Positions 22,101 through 29,394 of a stretch of 64,000 nucleotides of DNA are shown one piece after another. The stretch spans positions 10,507-74,506 of the forward strand of contig JACOYB010000008.1 of the NCBI GenBank assembly GCA_016182085.1. Reading direction: 5' to 3'. Every line of letters starts with the position of its first letter. Position 1 is the first letter of the stretch. Both the position numbers and the translations under genes were made by a program. Under the pieces are notes generated by a model. The model was not told the DNA's origin. It did not search any database and saw only the letters and a program-made list of their open reading frames with translations. This DNA is from Candidatus Magasanikiibacteriota bacterium. Its GTDB lineage: Bacteria; Patescibacteriota; Patescibacteriia; Magasanikbacterales; GWA2-37-8.

Positions 22101-25100
22101 TGGAATTATAATTACCAACATAAGCGTAGCGGCCGGAGACAAAAATTGATTGGGGGCTATTTTCCACAGAGGTGGTAGAAATCCTGGAAATAACGGTATT
22201 AGCATCCGTAATGTTGGAAATATTTCCGACTACGGATAATTTTTGGGTTGGGGTAGTCGTGCCAACACCTACATTGCCATTTGCATTTATTCTAAAAATG
22301 TTTGTTGAAGGAGAAGAAGATACTATATCTAAAATAGGATTGCCACTGGCGGCAGCTTGCATGGTGATAAATGCGTTGGCAGAGGTGGTGTTAAATCCAA
22401 AATATGGAGCTTCGCCAATATTAAAGACGGTGTTATTAGAGCCATTTAAAACTTGAAATTCATTTATACCATTGCCATTAGCATCAATTCTCATAAAAAT
22501 TGAGTTATCAGAATTGATATTGAATCCATTATCCCCTTGTCCGTAAATTTCTACGCCTCCCGCGCTATTTACCAAGTTAACAATAGCGCTATCACTGGCA
22601 GTGCTGTGCACTATATCTCCGTTTGTTAAAATTCTAAATAAATCCGCCCCGCTAGAAGATACAACGGCAAAAGGATTTGTTCCGGCCGTACCTTGCAAAG
22701 CAAGGCTAGCAACCGGTGAAGAAGAGTTTATGCCAACTCTGCCATTTGTCAAAATCGTAAACATAGAAGAGGCGGCGGCAGTGTTAGTGACAACCGAGAA
22801 AGGATTTACAGATCCAGATCCTTGGACTGCCAAACTTGCCGACTGAATAGTAGTAGTGCCGACAAATATTCCGGTTTTGGCAAAAATGTAGCGCGGATTT
22901 CTCGTGCCGCCGCCTATATCAAAAGTATTATCGGTGCTAAAACCAACATCGCTGCCGAACAATGTAGCGCCGGTACTATTGCCAACTATGGTTTGATTAG
23001 AAGAATTAAGGCTAATTAAATTTAGATCTCCGGTGTTGGCGGCGTTTCTTATATTTATGCCTGTATTGGTTGAGAGCCGGATAGCGCCGGCGGTGGCTGG
23101 AACATTGCCAATACTTAACGCGCCGTTTCCGCCAATAGTTAACGCGTTGGTTGGAGTGCTTGTACCAATACCGATATTTCCATTGGATAAAACTTTTATA
23201 ATACTGGAAGAGGCGGCGCTATCAATACTAAATATGGAAGATGTGGAGCCTGTAGAAGATGCAAATATAGACAAACCGCCTTGAGAAAAAATTCCTCCAG
23301 CGCCAACATTTAACGATGTCCCAGCCATGATATTGCCTTGAGCAAAAACATCGTTTCTGGATTGAATATTCCCGACTTCGGCAGAGTGAGCAATAAGACT
23401 GGTAACTTCCGTGCCGGAAATATCAATGATGGAAAAGTTGGATGAAGTGTAATTAGCCGTATACGCATAGCGGCCGGAGACATAGACCGATTTAGGAGCC
23501 GAACCAACAGTGACACTGGTTAATAGGGCAGGATTCGTTGAGCTGGCAACATCAATTATAGACATGTTAGTTGAAGCGCTATTAGCCACATAGGCGTAGC
23601 GCCCTGACACATAGATATCTGTAGGGTCGCCTGCGGAAACAGTACCGACTGTTACGGGATTTGATGAACTGGATATATCAACAACAGAAACAGTATTTGC
23701 GGCATCATTTGCCGTATACGCATAGCGGCCGGAAACATAAATAGATGCTGGGCCTGTGCCCACAGAAGTAGAGGCTATAAATACTGGGGCCTGAGGATCG
23801 GAAACATCAATTACCGATACACTGGCTTCGTTATAATTGGCTGTATAAGCAAACCGGCCCGAGACAAAAACACCGTTAGGCTGAGAACCCACGGTAGTAG
23901 TAGAAATTCTTACCGGAGATAAAGGATTAGAAATATCAATAATGGTCATGGTAGTTGCACTGCCATTAACTACATAGAGATAGCGACCGGACACATATGG
24001 TGATTTAGGGCCGCCACCTACAGTTATGGTAGAAACTTGTCTTGGGGCAGACGGATTGGAAATATCAACTATAGAAACATTAGCGCCGTTACCATTTGTT
24101 ACATAAGCATACCGACCGGAGATGTATAAATCATTTGGGTTAGTACCAACTGAAGTGCTGGCAACAAATCTCGGGTACGCTGGGTTAGAAACATCAACAA
24201 TCGATATGCTATTTTCAACTTGATTGGCTGTATAAGCATATTTACCTGAAACAAAAATTCCAAGTGGGTTTGACCCAACCGAACCAGTACCAACTACAGA
24301 AACAGCAGTGCTTGGATCTGTAATATTAGAAATATTTCCCACCACGGATAATTTTTGCGCCGGGGTACTTGTGCTAATACCAACATTGCCATTTGTTAAA
24401 ATGGTAAACATAGAAGTAGCGGCGGCAGTTGAACTTACAACCGAGAAAGGATTGGCTGTGCCCGTTCCTTGGATAGTTAATTTTGCTTGCGGCGTAGTGG
24501 TGCCGATTCCAATTAAACTGGTTGGTAAAATAAACAAAGTGGAAGTGCCAACCAAGGTTGTTCCATTGGAAGCATAATAAGAAAACTGTCCGGCGGTGCC
24601 GCTACTGACCGTGCCGCTGCCACCTATACCCAAAGAAGACGTGGAAACCCAAGTAACTACCGAACCATTACTTTGAAGAAGATAACCATTTACTCCCAGA
24701 CTGGAAACACTATCATAAATTCCACCCGTTAATGCTAAATCGCCTTGAACTGAAAGAGTGGCTATCGGAGAAGAGGAATTTATACCCACTCGGCCATTTG
24801 TCAGAATAGACAACAAAGAAGCTCCTGTAGAAGAGTTTATACTAAAAGGATTAACCCCGGCCGTACCTTGCAATGCCAAACTGGCTATTGGCGAGGAAGA
24901 ATTTATGCCTACTCGGCCATTTGTTAAAATCGTAAACATAGAAGACGCGGCCGCGCTGGAAGATACAATTGAAAACGGATTTTCTGTTCCACTTCCTTGA
25001 ATTGTAAATTTAGCAGACAGGGTAGATGTGCCTATGCCGATTCTTCCGTTGGCAAGGGCTCTAAATATATATGGCGTCTGAACAGAGCCAATGTTAAAAA

Positions 25101-27564
25101 TAGATGAAGTAGCACCGGTAGAAGAAGCAAAAACAGACAACGCTCCTTGCGATTGAATACCGCCGGCCCCAACAAAAAGCGATGTTCCGACCATTACATT
25201 TCCCTGGGCAAAAATATCATTTCTAGATTGAATGTTTCCGACTTCGGCGCTGTGAGCAATAAGACTGGTAACTTCGGTACCGGAAATATCAAGAACTATC
25301 AGGCCGTTGCTTTGATAATTGGCCATGTAAAGATAGCGGCCGGAGACAAAAACATAACTAGGATAATTAAAACCAGCCCCCAAAAAAGTATTAAGCACAG
25401 CCGGAGCTAAAGGATTAGAAAAATCTACGATAGAAATACTATTGTCGGTGGTATTAGCCGTATAACCATAACGACCGGAGATATGTATTGAAAATATTCC
25501 CGCAATAACAGAGCTTGTCGCCACCGGAACCGGGGCTGCCGGATTCTTAACATCTACGACAGAAATAGTTTCAGATCCACTATTTACCACATAGGCATAG
25601 CGTCCGGATACAGAAATAGAAGATGGATTAGTGCCAAGGCTGGTAGTAGCTATGCGAACCGGATTAAGCGGGTTGGAAATATCAATTACAGAAATACTAC
25701 CGCCGCCATAGTTGGCGGTATACGCATAACGACCGGAGACATATATGGAATAAGGACCTAGGCCCTCCATAGTAGTGGTAGCTACTTTAGTTGGGCGCAA
25801 TGGATTAGAGATGTCTACAACCGAAACGCTATCGCCGCCATAGTTTGCAATATAGGCGTACTGACCGGAAATATAAATTGATCTAGGACCTGTGCCGACT
25901 GAAGTAGTGGCCACTTGCCGAGGGGAAGATGGATTAGAAATATCTACAATTGACATGCTATCTTCACCTTGATTGGCGGTATAGGCATAACGGCCGGAAA
26001 TATATACAGAAGCCGGATTAGACCCTGTGTTGCCTATGGAAGTGCTGGCCACATGCGTCGGAGATGATGGATCAGAAACATCAATTATAGACAAACTTCC
26101 GCTATCAAAATTTGTCATATACACATAACGGCCGGAAACAAAAGGAAACCAAGCGCCGACCTCCATAGTCGTAGAAGCAACTTTAGAAATAGTAGTACTA
26201 ACATCGGTAATGTTGGAAATATTTCCTACGACCGATAATCTTTGAGCCGGAGTAGTGGTGCCAATACCTACATTTCCATTTGTATTTATTCTTAACAAAC
26301 TGGCGCCGGTAGATGAAGTAATATCAAAAGGATTAACACCGGCTGTACCTTGCAAAGCAAGACTAGCAATTGGCGAAGAAGAGTTTATGCCAACACGGCC
26401 ATTTGTAAGCACCGTAAACATAGAACTAGCGGCCGCGGTTGAAGTAAGAATTGAAAACGGATTTGCCGAACCAGTTCCTTGGATAGTCAATTTTGCCTGT
26501 GGAGTGCTGGTGCCAATACCAATTAAACTGGTGGGTAATATGAACAAGGTGGAAGTGCCAACCAAGGTTGCTCCACTAGAAGCATAATAAGAAAACTGTC
26601 CGGCGGTGCCGCTACTAATTGTACCGGTACCAAAGGTAGTGCTATTTATCCAAACCGGTCTGCCTGCGCCAGCTGACATGAGCAAGTAACCAAGTGTTCC
26701 AACTTCGGTGGCGTTGTATCTGGTACCATCTGAATAAATTACCGAACCGTTGGCTGCCAAAGTAGAAGAATTAGTGCCGCCATTAGCAATAGATAAAACA
26801 CCCGTAACATCTGAGGCGGAAGCTAAATTGACGGTGGAAGTTGCCCAATTTCCGGCTGTGACGCGAACCAAACCAGTCCAAGCTTGCGAGTTTTGTCCGG
26901 TACCGCCATATGTAGATGAGATTACCGTTCCGTTCCAAATTCCGGCGGTAATAGTGGCAAAACTAGATCCACCAAAAACATTCAAACTGCCAAGGATGGT
27001 GGAAGTAGAAACCGTAGTGCTGTTAAACGTAAAATTGCCACTACTATCTGATCTGGGAATATAGGGGGTAGTAGAGAGAGTATTTACACCGTAACCGTCC
27101 AAGTATTTTGAATTAAATGCATACGGTGTAGCGGTAATTCTTTTTCTTGGAGTCAAGGTATCGGAACCAATTCTGACTTCTAAATATACGGAACTGTTAT
27201 TTTGAAAAATTGCCGGTTCTAATGAATTTGTGCCAGTATCGCCCAAATTTATACTAAACAAACCTTGGGATGGAGTTGTGCTAACAGCCACAGGAGTGCC
27301 AATCGTACCGCTGGCGGTATATAAAACATTCCCACCACTTGAAGCATCGTACAAAATAAAATACATGTTTTGGCTGGTCGTGGCCAAACGATTACTTATT
27401 AAAAGTTTACCCTGATAGGTAATAATTGATGGAGCAACGGCCGCATTGGCTTTATTTGAAACAAAACCAATAATTGCAAAAAGCAAAACTAGCCCAAATA
27501 TCAAAAAAATGGGAAGGTTTTTCGCATTTCTGCCGCTTCTACGTGGCGTTTCCTCCATAATCAT
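16126..27564 (-). CDS. Giant cell-surface protein (3812 aa)
   Basis: N-terminal signal anchor. Three paralogous ~700-aa modules follow, each with IGTSTPQAKLTIQG-type tail-fibre-like repeats. Each module also has a run of ~8 YVTN/LVIVD blades (VSGRYAYTAN...SVVDISNP) and a conserved ISGTEVTSLIAHSAEVGNIQSRND segment. Seven 51-aa tandem repeats (CGNASCSSGNVTTTIDS...DGLPVISYYN) follow. The C-terminus is Ser/Thr-rich. Confidence 0.85.
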   Translation of the reverse strand: MIMEETPRRSGRNAKNLPIFLIFGLVLLFAIIGFVSNKANAAVAPSIITYQGKLLISNRLATTSQNMYFILYDASSGGNVLYTASGTIGTPVAVSTTPSQGLFSINLGDTGTNSLEPAIFQNNSSVYLEVRIGSDTLTPRKRITATPYAFNSKYLDGYGVNTLSTTPYIPRSDSSGNFTFNSTTVSTSTILGSLNVFGGSSFATITAGIWNGTVISSTYGGTGQNSQAWTGLVRVTAGNWATSTVNLASASDVTGVLSIANGGTNSSTLAANGSVIYSDGTRYNATEVGTLGYLLMSAGAGRPVWINSTTFGTGTISSGTAGQFSYYASSGATLVGTSTLFILPTSLIGIGTSTPQAKLTIQGTGSANPFSILTSTAAASSMFTVLTNGRVGINSSSPIASLALQGTAGVNPFDITSSTGASLLRINTNGNVGIGTTTPAQRLSVVGNISNITDVSTTISKVASTTMEVGAWFPFVSGRYVYMTNFDSGSLSIIDVSDPSSPTHVASTSIGNTGSNPASVYISGRYAYTANQGEDSMSIVDISNPSSPRQVATTSVGTGPRSIYISGQYAYIANYGGDSVSVVDISNPLRPTKVATTTMEGLGPYSIYVSGRYAYTANYGGGSISVIDISNPLNPVRIATTSLGTNPSSISVSGRYAYVVNSGSETISVVDVKNPAAPVPVATSSVIAGIFSIHISGRYGYTANTTDNSISIVDFSNPLAPAVLNTFLGAGFNYPSYVFVSGRYLYMANYQSNGLIVLDISGTEVTSLIAHSAEVGNIQSRNDIFAQGNVMVGTSLFVGAGGIQSQGALSVFASSTGATSSIFNIGSVQTPYIFRALANGRIGIGTSTLSAKFTIQGSGTENPFSIVSSSAAASSMFTILTNGRVGINSSSPIASLALQGTAGVNPFSINSSTGASLLSILTNGRVGINSSSPIATLSVQGDLALTGGIYDSVSSLGVNGYLLQSNGSVVTWVSTSSLGIGGSGTVSSGTAGQFSYYASNGTTLVGTSTLFILPTSLIGIGTTTPQAKLTIQGTGTANPFSVVSSTAAATSMFTILTNGNVGISTSTPAQKLSVVGNISNITDPSTAVSVVGTGSVGSNPLGIFVSGKYAYTANQVENSISIVDVSNPAYPRFVASTSVGTNPNDLYISGRYAYVTNGNGANVSIVDISNPSAPRQVSTITVGGGPKSPYVSGRYLYVVNGSATTMTIIDISNPLSPVRISTTTVGSQPNGVFVSGRFAYTANYNEASVSVIDVSDPQAPVFIASTSVGTGPASIYVSGRYAYTANDAANTVSVVDISSSSNPVTVGTVSAGDPTDIYVSGRYAYVANSASTNMSIIDVASSTNPALLTSVTVGSAPKSVYVSGRYAYTANYTSSNFSIIDISGTEVTSLIAHSAEVGNIQSRNDVFAQGNIMAGTSLNVGAGGIFSQGGLSIFASSTGSTSSIFSIDSAASSSIIKVLSNGNIGIGTSTPTNALTIGGNGALSIGNVPATAGAIRLSTNTGINIRNAANTGDLNLISLNSSNQTIVGNSTGATLFGSDVGFSTDNTFDIGGGTRNPRYIFAKTGIFVGTTTIQSASLAVQGSGSVNPFSVVTNTAAASSMFTILTNGRVGINSSSPVASLALQGTAGTNPFAVVSSSGADLFRILTNGDIVHSTASDSAIVNLVNSAGGVEIYGQGDNGFNINSDNSIFMRIDANGNGINEFQVLNGSNNTVFNIGEAPYFGFNTTSANAFITMQAAASGNPILDIVSSSPSTNIFRINANGNVGVGTTTPTQKLSVVGNISNITDANTVISRISTTSVENSPQSIFVSGRYAYVGNYNSSTISVVDISNPAAPVQIATTSVGTNPRSIFVSGRYAYTVNQGSNNISIIDISNAAVPRQISTVAVGSSPRSIYVSGRYAYVANFTSDSMSVVDISNPLAPVQIATTSVGDGANSVYVSGQYAYVTNFSANTVSVVDISNPSIPVQVSSTVVDARPMSIYVSGRYAYTANDTSDSISVIDISNASAPTQIATTSVGASSGPASIFVSGRYAYVANQSNQTIAVVDVSSSSAPTLITTLALGTNAGSNSIFVSGRYLYAVSSGLNSMFVIDISGTEVTSLIAHSAEVGNIQSRNDIFAQGNIMAGTGLNVGTGGIMSQGSISVFASSTGASSSLFSIDTAERSNILKVVANGRVGINTSTPVASFALTGQGGVPLINIVTSSVSVLSTDSIGDLTLKSSGGSHSFQFSESAGLIFTSSFGKYFFAGTNPYIRAYTNTGMGVAGNLATNLSGVSVFFNDDNQRQATSGTSTMAQVRGTFNPGSGTGNFIGLDVAPTVSTSPSYNGQYISALRVSPLVTAMSSTNAYLFDVGTNALANGAGNHTSLFVIDKNGRVGINTTSPIATLALQGTGSADPVEIASSTGASLFRVLTNGDVGVMTGNLGVRVTTPSELIHARLDQSAQSGLRIDNNNSGSSASAGFDFRNGGLGTDDRVLLLTAGTGYTAVTGWQDAGILSSQSNISGGLVFNANAGGIKFETGGNGSAFQKMAITNAGRVGIGTTTPLAFFTIAASSTNGGNSIFEVASSSGASYLRILHDGRIGINTTSPIASLALQGAASANPLEIASSTGSSMFRILQNGNVGIGTDAPNADLQVGNTTETQGLIAITAATNGTSDIFFDTTAQNRGVIRYTFAGGSQLSADSMAFWTAGTERIRIDALGRVGINTTSQRATFNIFSTPTSTPLFDIASSTGASMLRVLANGNIGVNSSSPVSIFSVVGTSTFDGNVLPNASPTAGASTQVTTTIDSAGDQGSYSSIAIGADGLPVISYYNVTDLDLRVVKCGNASCSSGNVTTTIDSAGDQGSNSSIAIGADGLPVISYYNATNGDLRVAKCGNASCSSGNVTTTIDSTGDQGQETSIAIGTDGLPVISYYNVTDLDLRVAKCGNASCSSGNVTTTIDSTGSQGTDTSIAIGTDGLPVISYYNATNGDLRVAKCGNASCSSGNVTTTIDSTGDQGQDTSIAIGTDGLPVISYYNGTDGDLRVVKCGNSFCSSGNVTTTIDSAGDQGQLSSIAIGTDGLPVISYYNGTDLDLRVAKCGNASCSSGNVTTTIDSTGNQGQFTSIAIGTDGLPVISYYNVTDLDLRAAKCATPGCKNTTGGSFTGGSNIGSLGAFFMNVYANSFWGKQFQIEGFDLAESYRVDDLSITAGDLVRIATSSSGVRPTVEKTTGAYDGVVGVISTNPGIRLSDWTSSEDGRLVTLSGRVPTKVSDENGPILAGDPIAASSLPGVGMKAKKDGVIVGRALESFAGSGTGVIEVFISPSWAPGQSPLTIDTTSSTITVGDSTNPFDLIISGNISFANNSIVNKLSFATSTLFESNVGSFAGSRAFTFNAANFTSPLADNYIISLRANNNSVFSVAANGDVHTSGNYYGASAVLGTSTNPGDLAERVDIAIDDTAEAGDVMMVDPNSPDTYRRSNSAYEQSVAGVISTNPTIVVGNGKTDYTAVLAMVGRVPVKVSAENGAIARGDLLVSASTAGFAMKYDPTKDKNNKVVGIIGVALEPLPASSTGKILALIRTGWVYNRDKDIDNLHNNIEQLAIAQGINLSPGANPGTLSVESNNNQLVYSGGNLDLQNNSIINVAGIIGKDDKWKIDEFGNLIQKITTAVGDKEIYGLQSAGKQEIVISGTSTLENGTRRVVLTDLDQAIIDRSVPLNIQITMSGDTKGVYVSERNYDSFVVKENENGQSNAAFDWTVIAKVLQPEEVVPEAINESSGGAGIPETPEVSQESPSSTTSTTTDPSTSTVSETIEPVASSTEPVVLEQPPAENIVNTSTAAE
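18190..19260. repeat. Seven tandem 153-bp coding repeats inside the giant gene
   Basis: A repeat of period 153 nt with sequence ...gcattttgc..ccctcagatcaagatctgt...ggcaagccatctgtgccaatggcgatgga... is visible in the DNA. Confidence 0.8.
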
Positions 27565-27574
27565 GCGTCTTCTT

Positions 27575-27638
27575 TATAATTACAGTAAAGTGAGAAAAAA
27601 GGTCGCTTGCGAACTTTTCCGAACGCACTGTAATTATA
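27575..27638. promoter_or_regulatory. 12-bp inverted repeat in the 5' leader/promoter of the giant gene
   Basis: tataattacagt (27575-27586) and actgtaattata (27627-27638) flank 40 nt immediately upstream of the ATG at 27564. Confidence 0.35.
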
Positions 27639-27855
27639 TCTATTATATATATACATTATACAACTTTTTTATCGCCATTTCTATCAAAATTAGAGGCTTT
27701 AGATGTGGATAAGTAGGCAGAAAAATGATAAACAAAAAATTCTGCTATTTTCTACTAAAAAAACACAAAAAATCATCGTAATTTTGAAACTAAAAACATG
27801 GAATTTTGATCCAAATTCCAAATAATTCTCTAATTTAGAGAAACAGGGTCTTTCG

Positions 27856-28734
27856 TTAACTTTTTCTCAATTTTTTTATCAACAAAAATACGAGAAAAGC
27901 CATACATAAACCACCTGCCGCCAAAACAACCTTGCTCCAAATTGGGAAATACCAAATATAATCAATCGCGGATACTGCCTGATTCGTGCGGCCGTAGTTT
28001 ACCTGTATCTGTGCCTGATAAATGCCCGGCAGGCTAATATTATTTTTTAAACTAATTTCCGGTGAAAGTACGCGCCGAGAACCGGCAAGCAACGTGTTGC
28101 CCAAAACTACTGGTTCTATAAATATTTCTTCTCCCCGCCAATTTTTAATAGCTGCCGTACCTTTAAGCGGCACTTCCACAGTGCCATTATTTTGCAAACC
28201 TAAGGCAAATTTCCAACTTTTATTTCCAACAGATCCTTTTATAACATCCCACTTTTCTATTATCACTGATTCTTGCACCAAACCTTTTACCTGCAAAGTA
28301 AGCAGGGAAAGCAACCGTGAAGTTATTGCGTTTTGATTTGTATTTTTTAATGCCGGCTCAACCGCAAGCCCCACATAATGCGAACCGGCGGAAGCGTTTT
28401 CCGGAACTCTAATGATAAAATTAACCGCTCTCGTCTCTCCGGGTTTTAATGTTACCAAACTCTCTTCTGGAAAAATCCAAGCTTCAGCTTCATCAACCCC
28501 TCGCTCAAAAACAGGCAGCCCCATTTCGTCTTGCTTTGTCCCTAAAACGCTTAATTTAAACGTCAAATTTGTTTTGTCTGAATTGTTTATTCTTACCACT
28601 ACGGTTTGACTTGTGGCCGGGTCGGCAGTTACGAGCATTTTTACCGGTGTAATACCAAAGGCATGCACCGGAGAAATTGCGATAAAAAGAATAAAAATCA
28701 TTGATAAAAAAAATGTTTTAGCGAAAAATTGCAT
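27856..28734 (-). CDS. Secreted protein with C-terminal TM anchor (cell-surface; DUF916-like architecture is speculative)
   Basis: Signal peptide (…ISPVHAFG) and a C-terminal TM plus basic tail (VVLAAGGLCMAFLVFLLIKKLRKS). Confidence 0.6.
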   Translation of the reverse strand: MQFFAKTFFLSMIFILFIAISPVHAFGITPVKMLVTADPATSQTVVVRINNSDKTNLTFKLSVLGTKQDEMGLPVFERGVDEAEAWIFPEESLVTLKPGETRAVNFIIRVPENASAGSHYVGLAVEPALKNTNQNAITSRLLSLLTLQVKGLVQESVIIEKWDVIKGSVGNKSWKFALGLQNNGTVEVPLKGTAAIKNWRGEEIFIEPVVLGNTLLAGSRRVLSPEISLKNNISLPGIYQAQIQVNYGRTNQAVSAIDYIWYFPIWSKVVLAAGGLCMAFLVFLLIKKLRKS

Positions 28735-28740
28735 ACAAAA

Positions 28741-29376
28741 TTAAATATTTGTTGAAGCTGAAATGGTCACCGTTTGACTGCGAGAACCTGCGGTGGTTGC
28801 CGAACTAATCGCCGCCTTAAATGTTAAGGTTGTTTCCGCGCTTACAACCGCCGTACTGGATGAAGACAAATTCAAACCTGCGGCTATTCCCCTATCATCA
28901 CTAAAGGCCCTATCAACTCCGCTCACCGCCACACCATACTCTTGTGATCCGGCAGTTACCGTTCCATCCGTAACTGCGGTTAAACTCGTCCCACTTACAC
29001 TGCCAACGGACAACACATAACCGGTGCTCGCGTCCGCGGTAACGGAAAATATGGTCGAGGTGCTCTCCACAGTTAAAACACTTAACGTACCCAGGTCTAG
29101 AGTCGTACTGCTTACTTCCACGACGAGCACACTCCAATCCATTGCCTGATACCCTCCAAGCACTTCATATACGCCACCGGTAGAAGTTCCGGCCGGAGAC
29201 TCGCCTAATGTATCTTCCAAACTATATGTACCGCTGGTACTTAAAATTCCTCCCGCATCTATACTATCGGAAAAAATCGTGTAATTGGTAGAAGACATTA
29301 CACCAAAAGATACGGAAGGAAAAGCAAAAATCCCCACGAGCAGCACTATCACAAACAGACTCAGTGTACGGCGCAT
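28741..29376 (-). CDS. Secreted Ser/Thr/Gly-rich protein with SxNYxI N-terminal motif
   Basis: Signal peptide, then SSTNYTIFSDSIDAGG...GTYSLEDTLGESPAG. No recognised domain. Confidence 0.55.
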   Translation of the reverse strand: MRRTLSLFVIVLLVGIFAFPSVSFGVMSSTNYTIFSDSIDAGGILSTSGTYSLEDTLGESPAGTSTGGVYEVLGGYQAMDWSVLVVEVSSTTLDLGTLSVLTVESTSTIFSVTADASTGYVLSVGSVSGTSLTAVTDGTVTAGSQEYGVAVSGVDRAFSDDRGIAAGLNLSSSSTAVVSAETTLTFKAAISSATTAGSRSQTVTISASTNI

Positions 29377-29394
29377 AATTTATTTGGAATTTTA

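Noticed and set aside
16935-27064. Dozens of 60-160-aa ORFs on the plus strand inside the giant gene (e.g. 26255..26587, 24308..24577, 22601..22846)
   Set aside because: They are antisense to a continuous 3812-aa reading frame full of Gly/Ser/Thr/Ala codons. Their peptides mirror one another (…PTLPFVKIVNIE…), as expected from repeated DNA. There are no SDs.
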